Assembly (NCBI GenBank): GCA_964346725.1
Contig: CAYFVM010000001.1
Location: 33,763-97,762 of the forward strand
Reading direction: 5' to 3'
DNA: 64,000 nt
DNA from: an uncultured Bacteroidales bacterium
Lineage (GTDB): Bacteria; Bacteroidota; Bacteroidia; Bacteroidales; UBA1715
The translations under genes were made by a program, and so were the position numbers. Each line of letters begins with the position of its first letter. Positions within the stretch are counted from its first letter, which is position 1. The notes below the pieces were generated by a model. It saw nothing but the letters and a program-made list of their open reading frames with translations, did not search any database and was not told the DNA's origin. Of this stretch, positions 51,453 to 59,599 are shown piece by piece.

Positions 51453-52643
51453 TTATTTGTTACCAATGTGCTTTTTGTACACTTTTTCTATATCGGAGCA
51501 CAAGCGTTCGTAGCTATATTTCCCCCCTGAAAAATTGTGGCTATTTTCTCCCATTTTTTCTCGTAAATTTTTGTCAACAATGAGTGCGTGTAATTTCTCA
51601 CTAAATTGTTCTAGAGAAAGGTCTGTAAGTAGTGCTGTTTCACCTTCTTTTACTATGTCTCTAATACCACCAACGTTGGTTGCAACAATGGGTTTGCCGG
51701 ATGCTTGTGCTTCTATAATGCTTACGGGCGTGCCTTCGTTGAAAGAAGTAAGGGCAACAATGTCTAATCCGGCATATGCTACGTCAACGTTTTGTATCCA
51801 CGAAGTAAAGGTTATGAGTTTGTTGAATTCACTGTCGTTGTTGGTGCTGAACGGAATGCTTTGCTTTGTGCAATATGTTTGTAATTCTTCGCGGAGTTCA
51901 CCGTCTCCGATAATAAATGCGCGTATTTTTTGCCCAGTGCTTTGGTTGTTGCAAAGGGCTATAGCATCTATAAAGAGTTTATGATTTTTAACTTTTGCCA
52001 AGCGTCCTACAATTCCAATGGCAATCTCATTTTGAGCAATGTTGTATTTAGAGCGAAAGGCGGCTCGTTTCTCTATTGTGTCTTCAGAAAACCGATGAAG
52101 GTCAAATCCTAATGGCACGACTTCAATTTTTTCCGGAGGACAGATTTTATAGAGAGTTCCGAGTTCGTATTTTTGATCTTCGCTGATAGCAATTATTGCA
52201 GAGCTTCTTTTGGCTAAAAATCGTTCTATAGCAATAAATACGGATGTTTTAATTTTTCCAAAATAGGAGTGAAACACGTGTCCGTGAAACGTGTGAAAAA
52301 TATAGGGAACGCCACAATAGATAGCAGCCATTCTTCCGAGCATTCCTGCTTTAGAAGCATGCGTGTGAACTATCTCTGGTTTCTCAGCACGTATGATTTT
52401 TATTAATTTTCGAAGTGCTTGAAAGTCTCTACAAAGATTGATTTCTCTCCGAATTTCGGGAATGATAGTATATGAGATGCCGAGATTGTTGAGAATATAT
52501 TCAGAACTTCCTTCAGAAGCTTCTTTTAACCCGCCAATAAGTATGGTTTGGTATTCTTTTGAAATGTATTTCGTAAGATATGCTACGTTGTACGTTGGAC
52601 CGCCAAGGTTGAAACGATTGAGTATACGAAGAATTTTTGTCAT
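51453..52643 (-). CDS. Glycosyltransferase family 4 (GT-B)
   Basis: 396 aa. N-terminus ILNRFNLGGPTYNV; C-terminal E-x7-E region (SFNEGTPVSIIEAQASGKPIVATNVGG). Confidence 0.82.
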   Translation of the reverse strand: MTKILRILNRFNLGGPTYNVAYLTKYISKEYQTILIGGLKEASEGSSEYILNNLGISYTIIPEIRREINLCRDFQALRKLIKIIRAEKPEIVHTHASKAGMLGRMAAIYCGVPYIFHTFHGHVFHSYFGKIKTSVFIAIERFLAKRSSAIIAISEDQKYELGTLYKICPPEKIEVVPLGFDLHRFSEDTIEKRAAFRSKYNIAQNEIAIGIVGRLAKVKNHKLFIDAIALCNNQSTGQKIRAFIIGDGELREELQTYCTKQSIPFSTNNDSEFNKLITFTSWIQNVDVAYAGLDIVALTSFNEGTPVSIIEAQASGKPIVATNVGGIRDIVKEGETALLTDLSLEQFSEKLHALIVDKNLREKMGENSHNFSGGKYSYERLCSDIEKVYKKHIGNK

Positions 52644-52710
52644 AGTATCGTTGAAATCTCGGCAAAAATATGTTTTTTGTTGAGAAAAAGATTGTTTTTG
52701 GTTTAGATTA

Positions 52711-54699
52711 TCATGTATGCCCCAACTGCTTGGAGATTAAATTTATGTCGCAAATGATGATGGAAAGCTTTTTTAGCGATTCCATATCTGTGTGTTTTAT
52801 GAGTTCTTCTTTTTTTAGCTCATAGCGCCGACGTATGTATTCCAAAATGGTTTCTTTGAGTGTGTTTACGAGTAATTCTTCTTCGTAAATTTTCTTTTCT
52901 CCGGCTGTGGATCCTGTTTTCTTCTCTTTCTCCCAATATTTTTGGTCGAGCAGGGTGGCATCGCTTAGAAAGTTTGCGATTTGTTCTGCATCAACAAAAT
53001 CACGCAGGTAATCAACAATGGTGTCTTGTTTTTCTTCAAACTTTGAATAGTATTCATCGAAGATTTTTTTCTCCGAATCGTTTATGAATTCAAAGGTGAT
53101 AGTTTCGTCTAAATTGCGATGTAATTCATTGAAGATGTAATCTTTAACCAATCCTTTGAATGTGGGATTCGTTTCCGGATATTTTTTCGTTGTAGGATTT
53201 TCTTGCAACCATTTTTGCTTTTCAATTTCGTAAATGACATTTGAGTTTTCTACGGAAATGACTTTAGAGCCGTTACGAACCAACAATTTTATAATATCAC
53301 GTTCGTTTTCAAGAATTTTGTCTACCGGAGCGGAAGCCATTGTTGCTTGAGCTTTTTGAACTTGTTGTGTTTGGTATGGTTTGGGTTGCATACCCAAATT
53401 TCTTACAACTTGGTTCTTGATGGTCTGTTCGTCAATGTTGAGAATTTTGCTGCATTCTTGAATATACACCATACGATTTATTTCGTTAGGTATTTTCGTA
53501 ATCGTAAGAGCAATCTCGTTTATGAATTGAGCTCGTTTTATAGGGTCGTTTTGAATTTCTTCAACAGCCAATTTTGTTCGGAACGTTAAAAAGTCGGTTT
53601 TGTTAGAATTTATGTATTCTGCGATCTCTTCCGAAGAGCGTTTTTTTGCAAAAGAATCTGGGTCGTCGCCATCTGGCAAAAGAAGAACTTTTACGTTCAT
53701 GTCTTTTTCAAGAATCATGTCTATACCTCGCGTAGCTGCTTTGATTCCGGCTTTGTCGCCATCGTAAATAATTACAATATTGTGTGTGAATCGTTTTATG
53801 AGATTTATTTGTTCGTTGGTGAGTGATGTTCCTGATGAAGCAACCACATTGGTAATTCCTGCTTGGTGCAATGAAAGTACGTCGGTGTATCCTTCAACCA
53901 AAATACATTCATCTTTTTTCGTGATTTCCGTTTTGGCGTAGGAGATTCCGTAGAGAGTGAAACTCTTTTTGTACACCTCTGATTCTGGCGAATTTATATA
54001 CTTCATACCGCCTTGAACGTGTTCATTTGCGGCTGTCATGACTCGTCCACCAAAACCAATAACAGAGGCGGTGAGCGACATGATGGGGAACATTATTCTG
54101 CCGTGAAATTTGTCGGACTTGTAGTTGTCGCCAACAGAAACGAGTCCAACTTTAGACATATATTCAAGTTTGTATCCTGCTTTTTCGGCGGTAGTGACGA
54201 AGGCGTCTTTTTTTTGTGGACTATAGCCTAAACGAAATTTTCGAATGGTTTCTTCGGTAAAACCTCGTTCCTTGAAATATGTAATTCCAATGGCTTTTCC
54301 TTCTTCGGTTTCCCATAATTGTTTTTCAAAAAAAGTTGTCGCAAATTCATTAACAATCATTAAACTTTCTCGTAAATCTTTTCGCTGTTTTTCTTCGTCG
54401 GTAAGTTCGGTTTCTACAATTTCTACGTGGTACTTGTTTCCCAAATATTTAATAGCTTCGTAGTACGAGCATTTTTCGTGTTCTTTGATGAATGTGATTG
54501 CATTTCCGGCTTTTCCACATCCAAAGCATTTGTAAATACCTTTTGCTGGAGAAACAGAGAATGAAGGCGTTTTTTCTTCGTGAAAAGGACAACAGCCTTT
54601 GTAACTAGAGCCGGCTTTACGAAGAGCAACAAAGTCGCCCACGACTTCTTCTATGTGGGTAAGACTTAAAATTTTCTCTATCGTATCTTGTGGAATCAT
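52711..54699 (-). CDS. dnaG: DNA primase
   Basis: Zn-finger CPFHEEKTPSFSVSPAKGIYKCFGCGKAGN and Toprim EGYTDVLSLHQ...YDGDKAG. ATG 54699 is preferred over TTG 54720. Confidence 0.95.
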   Translation of the reverse strand: MIPQDTIEKILSLTHIEEVVGDFVALRKAGSSYKGCCPFHEEKTPSFSVSPAKGIYKCFGCGKAGNAITFIKEHEKCSYYEAIKYLGNKYHVEIVETELTDEEKQRKDLRESLMIVNEFATTFFEKQLWETEEGKAIGITYFKERGFTEETIRKFRLGYSPQKKDAFVTTAEKAGYKLEYMSKVGLVSVGDNYKSDKFHGRIMFPIMSLTASVIGFGGRVMTAANEHVQGGMKYINSPESEVYKKSFTLYGISYAKTEITKKDECILVEGYTDVLSLHQAGITNVVASSGTSLTNEQINLIKRFTHNIVIIYDGDKAGIKAATRGIDMILEKDMNVKVLLLPDGDDPDSFAKKRSSEEIAEYINSNKTDFLTFRTKLAVEEIQNDPIKRAQFINEIALTITKIPNEINRMVYIQECSKILNIDEQTIKNQVVRNLGMQPKPYQTQQVQKAQATMASAPVDKILENERDIIKLLVRNGSKVISVENSNVIYEIEKQKWLQENPTTKKYPETNPTFKGLVKDYIFNELHRNLDETITFEFINDSEKKIFDEYYSKFEEKQDTIVDYLRDFVDAEQIANFLSDATLLDQKYWEKEKKTGSTAGEKKIYEEELLVNTLKETILEYIRRRYELKKEELIKHTDMESLKKLSIIICDINLISKQLGHT

Positions 54700-54823
54700 A
54701 TTTTTAAAAAATCCATGCAAAAATAGAGAATACTCTTGTATGAAACACGAAAATTTAGAGTTGAGATTGTAACAACCTAACTGTCAAAGCAAAATGTTAT
54801 TAACAATTTGAAATATCCCGATT

Positions 54824-55840
54824 TTAGAAAAGAGTGAGTTGGAAATATGCTTCGTAAGCGGATTTTAACTCAGTCATAACCATCTTTCTCAGTTTGTCAG
54901 GCGTTTCTACTTTCAATTTTGTGCCAAAACGTAAAATTCGTTCTATCAAGTCTGAATTAACAATGACTTTTAGCTCAATTATCGCACCGTCTTGCCCCAT
55001 ATCATTGATAACTTGGGAACTGTGAATAGGATGTTGACGAAGACGTTCAACAATTTCCGTGTTTGCTTTAAGAGTTACGTTTGCCGGTTTTATAGAATCG
55101 CCAGGGTTTGTACCAACAAGATATTGAAAATAGTCTGCAAATGTGTATTTTTCGTTTTCAATGAAGTTAATGATTTGCGGAGAAATAGCCGCAATGTCGC
55201 ATACGGGGACAACAATGAAATCGTTTGATGGATCTTCCAATCCGTACAAGTACCATTCGTTGTGATATTCTTTAAGGAAATATGGATGAATAACGGTGTG
55301 AGTTACAGTTTCGTCTTTTTTGAGAGAAAGTTCTATTACCGTTTTTTTTACCACAGCGTCAACTATTTGCTTAAGCCATGTAATACCTTTTGCAAGTCTT
55401 TTTGCAGATTCAAAAGCAGCTACATTTGAATTTGGTTTTGGATTAACGGTAATAATTGCTTCAACTTTCTCAATCAATTTGTTTATGTCGCCCAAGTGAG
55501 TGTACTGGCGATATTGTTTGAGAGTATTCGCAACCTCTGTAAGGTTATCAATATCGGGTTTGCTCAATTGCATATTGCGAATAGAAAACTCTTTGTCGGA
55601 ATAAGAGTAGTTTCCGTCAACGCAAACAATAGGTGCATTATAACCAATAGGTTGTTTTTCTCGCATGAGAGCAATATCGTACTGAATAGAGCGACGGCTT
55701 ACTTTCTCAACGTTAAATTCGTTGGTTAAATTGCGTGATACTTCAGCAATAAGATCGTCCAATGTCCATGTGCGAGTTGTGTCGCGAAGGCACTCATCAA
55801 TAATCCTGAAACGGAAATTTTTTGACTTGTGAGCTGGCAT
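54824..55840 (-). CDS. WYL-domain transcriptional regulator (wHTH + WYL + C-terminal extension)
   Basis: 338 aa from ATG 55840. N-terminal wHTH-like FRFRIIDECLRDTTRTWTLDDLIAEVS, then WYL signature HPYFLKEYHNEWYLYG. Confidence 0.75.
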   Translation of the reverse strand: MPAHKSKNFRFRIIDECLRDTTRTWTLDDLIAEVSRNLTNEFNVEKVSRRSIQYDIALMREKQPIGYNAPIVCVDGNYSYSDKEFSIRNMQLSKPDIDNLTEVANTLKQYRQYTHLGDINKLIEKVEAIITVNPKPNSNVAAFESAKRLAKGITWLKQIVDAVVKKTVIELSLKKDETVTHTVIHPYFLKEYHNEWYLYGLEDPSNDFIVVPVCDIAAISPQIINFIENEKYTFADYFQYLVGTNPGDSIKPANVTLKANTEIVERLRQHPIHSSQVINDMGQDGAIIELKVIVNSDLIERILRFGTKLKVETPDKLRKMVMTELKSAYEAYFQLTLF

Positions 55841-55871
55841 AACAAAATCTTTTAGTTCAATAATATTGGAA

Positions 55872-55879
55872 CAAATATA
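55872..55879 (-). promoter_or_regulatory. -7 promoter box (minus-strand TATATTTG) for the WYL regulator
   Basis: Plus-strand caaatata, 32 nt upstream of ATG 55840. Confidence 0.4.
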
Positions 55880-55882
55880 GGT

Positions 55883-55914
55883 GCAAAATAAATGCAATGC
55901 AAATAAAATGCAAT
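55883..55914. repeat. Two tandem 16-bp direct repeats (candidate operator)
   Basis: gcaaaataaatgcaat followed immediately by gcaaataaaatgcaat. They are flanked by a 9-bp direct repeat aggtgcaaa at 55879-55887 and 55928-55936. Confidence 0.6.
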
Positions 55915-56036
55915 GTTTTTTAATTTAAGGTGCAAATTTTAAGTTAAATGTTGTCGTATTCTTATGTATAAATAGGGTTAAACTATGTTTTTTCGAAAAA
56001 TAATAGATGCAGATTTTGTTGCAAGTGAAATTTGTG

Positions 56037-56044
56037 TACTTTTG
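56037..56044 (+). promoter_or_regulatory. -7 promoter box (TACTTTTG) for tRNA-Pro
   Basis: TAnnTTTG match ending 10 nt before the tRNA 5' end. Confidence 0.5.
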
Positions 56045-56054
56045 CAATCGTATT

Positions 56055-56127
56055 CGGGGTGTAGCGCAGTTGGTAGCGTGCTACGTTCGGGACGTAGAGG
56101 TCGCCCGTTCAAGTCGGGTCACCCCGA
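56055..56127 (+). tRNA. tRNA-Pro (anticodon CGG)
   Basis: Folded by hand. Acceptor stem CGGGGTG/CACCCCG, D arm GCGC-AGTTGGTA-GCGT, anticodon arm CTACG-TTCGGGA-CGTAG, variable AGGTC, T arm GCCCG-TTCAAGT-CGGGT, discriminator A. CCA is not encoded. Confidence 0.9.
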
Positions 56128-56132
56128 CACGT

Positions 56133-56161
56133 AGGATAGCAATTGCTGCTATCCTTTTTTT
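56133..56161 (+). terminator. Intrinsic terminator after tRNA-Pro
   Basis: Stem aggatagc / gctatcct with a 7-nt loop, followed by T7. Confidence 0.8.
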
Positions 56162-56174
56162 ATTTGTACGCTTT

Positions 56175-57753
56175 TTACCTATAATTAGAGATATGCAAAA
56201 TAATTGCACCATTAATCTGTAATATGTAATTTCCATTGGGTAGATTCAAATCTATCGACGTTGTTTGTGGCTCTATTTGTTTGCATTTTTCTCCGATAAG
56301 ATTAAATACTTCTACGCTGTAAATTGGGAATTTGTTGCTGTATAGTTTCCCTTCGTAAAACCAAATTTCATTTTGTACGATTGAAGAAATTGCCGTTGGT
56401 TCTTCATCGTCATTTTCTTCTATTGGACTATAGAAAAAAACACTTGTTTCGAAGTTTGAATTCTTTGAGAAAGTAACATATTCCGGAGTATAATCTCCAA
56501 GATATATGCGAGAGTTAATTTTTGGCAATAATTCCAATCCCATGACGGAACAAACAGAATTGTTTTCGTATGCCGTAATCGTTGCTTCTTCTGTCGTTTC
56601 TGTCCATTCGTTGTTCCAATGGAATGAAGTAATTGTTTGTAATCTTTCAATATCTTGTGGTTCTCCAATGTTTAGGTATTCCGTTTTTTCTTTTGTGTCA
56701 AGACTGATATTACAAATAAGAGATGTAAATCGATTGTTGTTTATGTCGTATGAGATAAATTCTTTTTCGTTTAAAGTCCATTGTAAGTCTTCGCCGCATG
56801 ATTCACGAAACGTGGCGCAGACAAGATTTTTTTCGTTGTAAAAATAAGTTTCGCGCGTTCCCGATGTGATTGTTCCAAAATCAATGTCGTACCAAAGTGT
56901 TTCTTTTGTCGTGACTTTGCCTTGTTCAAATGTTGTCTGTTCTACGCTAAATAATCCGTTATATCCGTCTTCGTAAAAAATCCACACTGAATCAATGATT
57001 TGTCCGTTGCCTTCTTCGTCAAGAGTGGAGGTTTTGCGCTCTTGGAGGTTCCAATCTTCGTCTTCTCCGTACCGAATTTGTGTTAGTGTTTCATGTTCAT
57101 TATATACATTCTTCAGTTCAAAGGCAAATGATATTACACCAGATTCGTAATTTTCTGCGAATCTTTTGGCGTTTGTTACTTGGCCTTTTTCATCGTAGGT
57201 GTATTCAACTGAGTCTTCTAAAAACCATTGGTCTTCCATGGTAAGTTCATCTTGGTATGACCAATATCGAGTATGGTTTGTTTGTAGTATGAGATTGTCT
57301 TGGTAGTACCAAGATTTTTGCATGGTATAATGTGTGTAGTCTTGGGTTAATGACGTTAAACACAGCGTGTCTCCTTTGTATTCAATATAATGATTGGTTA
57401 GTTGTGACCCGATGCCGTTATCTGGAATGGAAATATTTTGCAAATTGAATAGAGGAGAGGTTTGTATGCTATCAAGTTTGGTTGTTTTTTCAGTTAGACT
57501 TGTGCATTCGGTTGGAATTTCTGATTGAACTTCTCCGCCTGTAATTTCGTCTGCGTAATATGCAACGCAACCATGTGTAGAACTCCCCCTTGGTTAGAGC
57601 AAGACTGCTTAAATTTACTACAGTTTTAAGTGAAGTGCACGACTGAAATGCGTTCTCATCAATGATTATAAGAGAGTTTTGTAATGTGATTTTTCGTAGT
57701 GAATTTTTAGAAAGTTTCAAAGAAACGACAAAATTTATAGAATAACATATCAT
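56175..57753 (-). pseudogene. Decayed T9SS cargo gene: 5'-truncated BspA-type LRR fragment + frameshift + body with T9SS C-terminal sorting domain
   Basis: The 87-aa ORF (57490-57753) holds one LRR unit (LRKITLQNSLIIIDENAFQSCTSLKTV), has no signal peptide, and has a stop 3 codons upstream. The downstream 422-aa ORF frame stays open back to 57587 without an ATG. Removing one C from the C5 run at 57585-57589 joins them. The C-terminus ...VEVFNLIGEKCKQI...LPNGNYILQINGAI... is a T9SS CTD. Confidence 0.7.
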
Positions 57754-57856
57754 TGTTCGTCAGTTTGTGTGTTTTTTTTTTAAAAAAATCTTCAAACTTT
57801 TTCTCGCTAGATGTATGTTTTTACGCTTCTTGTTTGAAATTTCAACGAAAAGTTTA

Positions 57857-57864
57857 TATGTTTG
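57857..57864 (+). promoter_or_regulatory. -7 promoter box (TATGTTTG) for the OmpA/TSP3 gene
   Basis: TAnnTTTG match 20 nt upstream of ATG 57884. Confidence 0.45.
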
Positions 57865-57883
57865 GCAAAATTTAAGACTAACT

Positions 57884-59548
57884 ATGAGAGAGTTAAAATT
57901 GACACTAGTGTCGCTATTGATTTGTGCAACAGGTGTTTATGCTCAAAACAATGCAACCGAAAATGTTACTCTTCAGAATTTTGAAGGAGAAACTGTAGAG
58001 CAAGGTACTTGGATTAGTCAAGATGCCGAAGAAAAAAAATCCACTGCGTTTGATAATTGGGTATATGAAGGTTGGGGTGTAAACTTCAGCATAGGTCCTA
58101 CATTATTTTTCGGCGATGTTGCTATGAGTCAAGCTAAAGATATGCGTGCCGCATTATCATTAGGTTTGCAAAAACAATTGAATCCATATTTATATTGGAG
58201 GTTCAATTGTATCTATGGTAACCTTGCTGGTTCAAAATCGGAATATAGCAATGGGGATCCTGCAAATTTGGAATTTTTGAATAAATATTCTGAGATAAAC
58301 ACAACATTAAAAGTTGATTTGTTAGGCGGTTCAGATGCAAAAGTTTCTCCGTATTTGTATGCTGGTGTTGGTTTAATGAAATTTAGAAGTCGTTTGACTG
58401 ACTCAGAATCGGGAGCAACAAAAGCAGCATATGGATATAATGGTTCTGTTGTTACCAATCCAACTCGCGAAGTCGCTGTTCCTATTGGATTAGGTTTGGA
58501 ATGGAAAGTAAGTAAAGCATTGTCGTTTACATTAGATGGTTCAATGACTTTTGTGAAATCTGATAAAGTTGATGCTTGTGTATCGGACAATAACGATGAA
58601 TTATTGCAAGATATGTATAGCACAGTTTCGTTAGGTTTTGTATATAAATTTGGTACACGCGATTGCGATAAAGATGGTGTTGTAAACCATAAAGATGATT
58701 GTCCAAACACTCCAGCTGGTGTTGTTGTGAATGAAAAAGGTTGTCCACTTGATAGCGATAATGATGGTATTGCTGATTACATAGACAAATGTCCAAAAGA
58801 AGCTGGCTTAGCACAATTTGAAGGTTGCCCTGATACCGATGGCGATGGCGTAGCTGATAAAGATGATAAATGTCCAAAAGAAGCAGGTTTAGTAGAATTC
58901 AATGGTTGTCCTGATACTGATGGTGATGGTATTGCAGATCCAGATGATAAATGTCCAAAAGAAGCAGGTTTAGCACAATTCCAAGGCTGTCCTGATACCG
59001 ATGGTGATGGCGTTGCAGATCCAGATGACGCATGTCCAAAACAAGCAGGAACAAAAGAATATGGTGGTTGTCCTGATACAGATAAAGATGGTATTCCTGA
59101 TAATATAGACAAATGTCCTAAGGTTGCTGGAATTCAAAAAAATATGGGTTGCCCAGCAGTTAAGAAAGAGGTTTTGAAGATATTTGAAAGAGCATTAACT
59201 GGTATTCAATTTGAAACAGGTAAAGATGTGATTAAGAAACAATCGTTCCCAATCCTTAATCAAGTTGTTAAGGTAATGCAAGAAAATCCTGAATATAATC
59301 TTGAAATTAACGGACACACTGATAATGTAGGAGACTCTGCAAAGAATCAAATATTGTCAGACAAGCGTGCAGCTTCTGTTCGTAAATATTTGATAGATAA
59401 AGGTGTATCAGAATCAAGAATGGTATCTCACGGATATGGTCAAACAATGCCAGTAGCAGACAATAAAACTGCGGCCGGACGAGCTAAGAACCGTCGAGTA
59501 GAATTTAAGGTTGTGTTCCAACAAATTGAAATAATTGAAGTGCAATAA
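57884..59548 (+). CDS. OmpA-family outer-membrane protein with thrombospondin type-3 (TSP3) Ca-binding repeats
   Basis: 554 aa from ATG 57884 with signal peptide MRELKLTLVSLLICATGVYAQ. It has an N-terminal beta-barrel-like region, 5-6 DxDxDGxxDxxDxCP repeats, and a C-terminal OmpA_C domain (INGHTDNVG...NRRVEF). Confidence 0.88.
   Translation: MRELKLTLVSLLICATGVYAQNNATENVTLQNFEGETVEQGTWISQDAEEKKSTAFDNWVYEGWGVNFSIGPTLFFGDVAMSQAKDMRAALSLGLQKQLNPYLYWRFNCIYGNLAGSKSEYSNGDPANLEFLNKYSEINTTLKVDLLGGSDAKVSPYLYAGVGLMKFRSRLTDSESGATKAAYGYNGSVVTNPTREVAVPIGLGLEWKVSKALSFTLDGSMTFVKSDKVDACVSDNNDELLQDMYSTVSLGFVYKFGTRDCDKDGVVNHKDDCPNTPAGVVVNEKGCPLDSDNDGIADYIDKCPKEAGLAQFEGCPDTDGDGVADKDDKCPKEAGLVEFNGCPDTDGDGIADPDDKCPKEAGLAQFQGCPDTDGDGVADPDDACPKQAGTKEYGGCPDTDKDGIPDNIDKCPKVAGIQKNMGCPAVKKEVLKIFERALTGIQFETGKDVIKKQSFPILNQVVKVMQENPEYNLEINGHTDNVGDSAKNQILSDKRAASVRKYLIDKGVSESRMVSHGYGQTMPVADNKTAAGRAKNRRVEFKVVFQQIEIIEVQ
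58784..59155 (+). repeat. In-frame tandem array of 81-bp units (about 4.6 copies) encoding TSP3 repeats
   Basis: Units start at 58784, 58865, 58946, 59027 and 59108. The first three are near-identical (DKCPKEAGLAQFEGCPDTDGDGVADKD and variants). Confidence 0.9.
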
Positions 59549-59599
59549 AAGTTAAATTAGAAATAGTAAATTAGTCAAAAACAAAAAAGTATAAACATT

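Noticed and set aside
56128-57760. Possible genomic island integrated at the 3' end of tRNA-Pro.
   Set aside because: I found no integrase, transposase or direct repeat of the tRNA 3' end. Only a decayed T9SS cargo gene lies before the next core-looking gene (OmpA family).
58527-59112. Minus-strand ORFs with striking internal repeats (PSVSGQP..., ASFGHLSS...) that look like a repeat protein.
   Set aside because: They are the reverse-complement reading of the 81-bp TSP3 repeat array of the OmpA-family gene. The plus-strand frame gives canonical DxDxDG calcium-binding repeats and a complete OmpA_C domain.
58784-59155. Regularly spaced 81-bp repeats considered as a possible CRISPR-like array.
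   Set aside because: The units are contiguous with no unique spacers. They are in frame within a long CDS and encode a known protein repeat. No cas genes are nearby.
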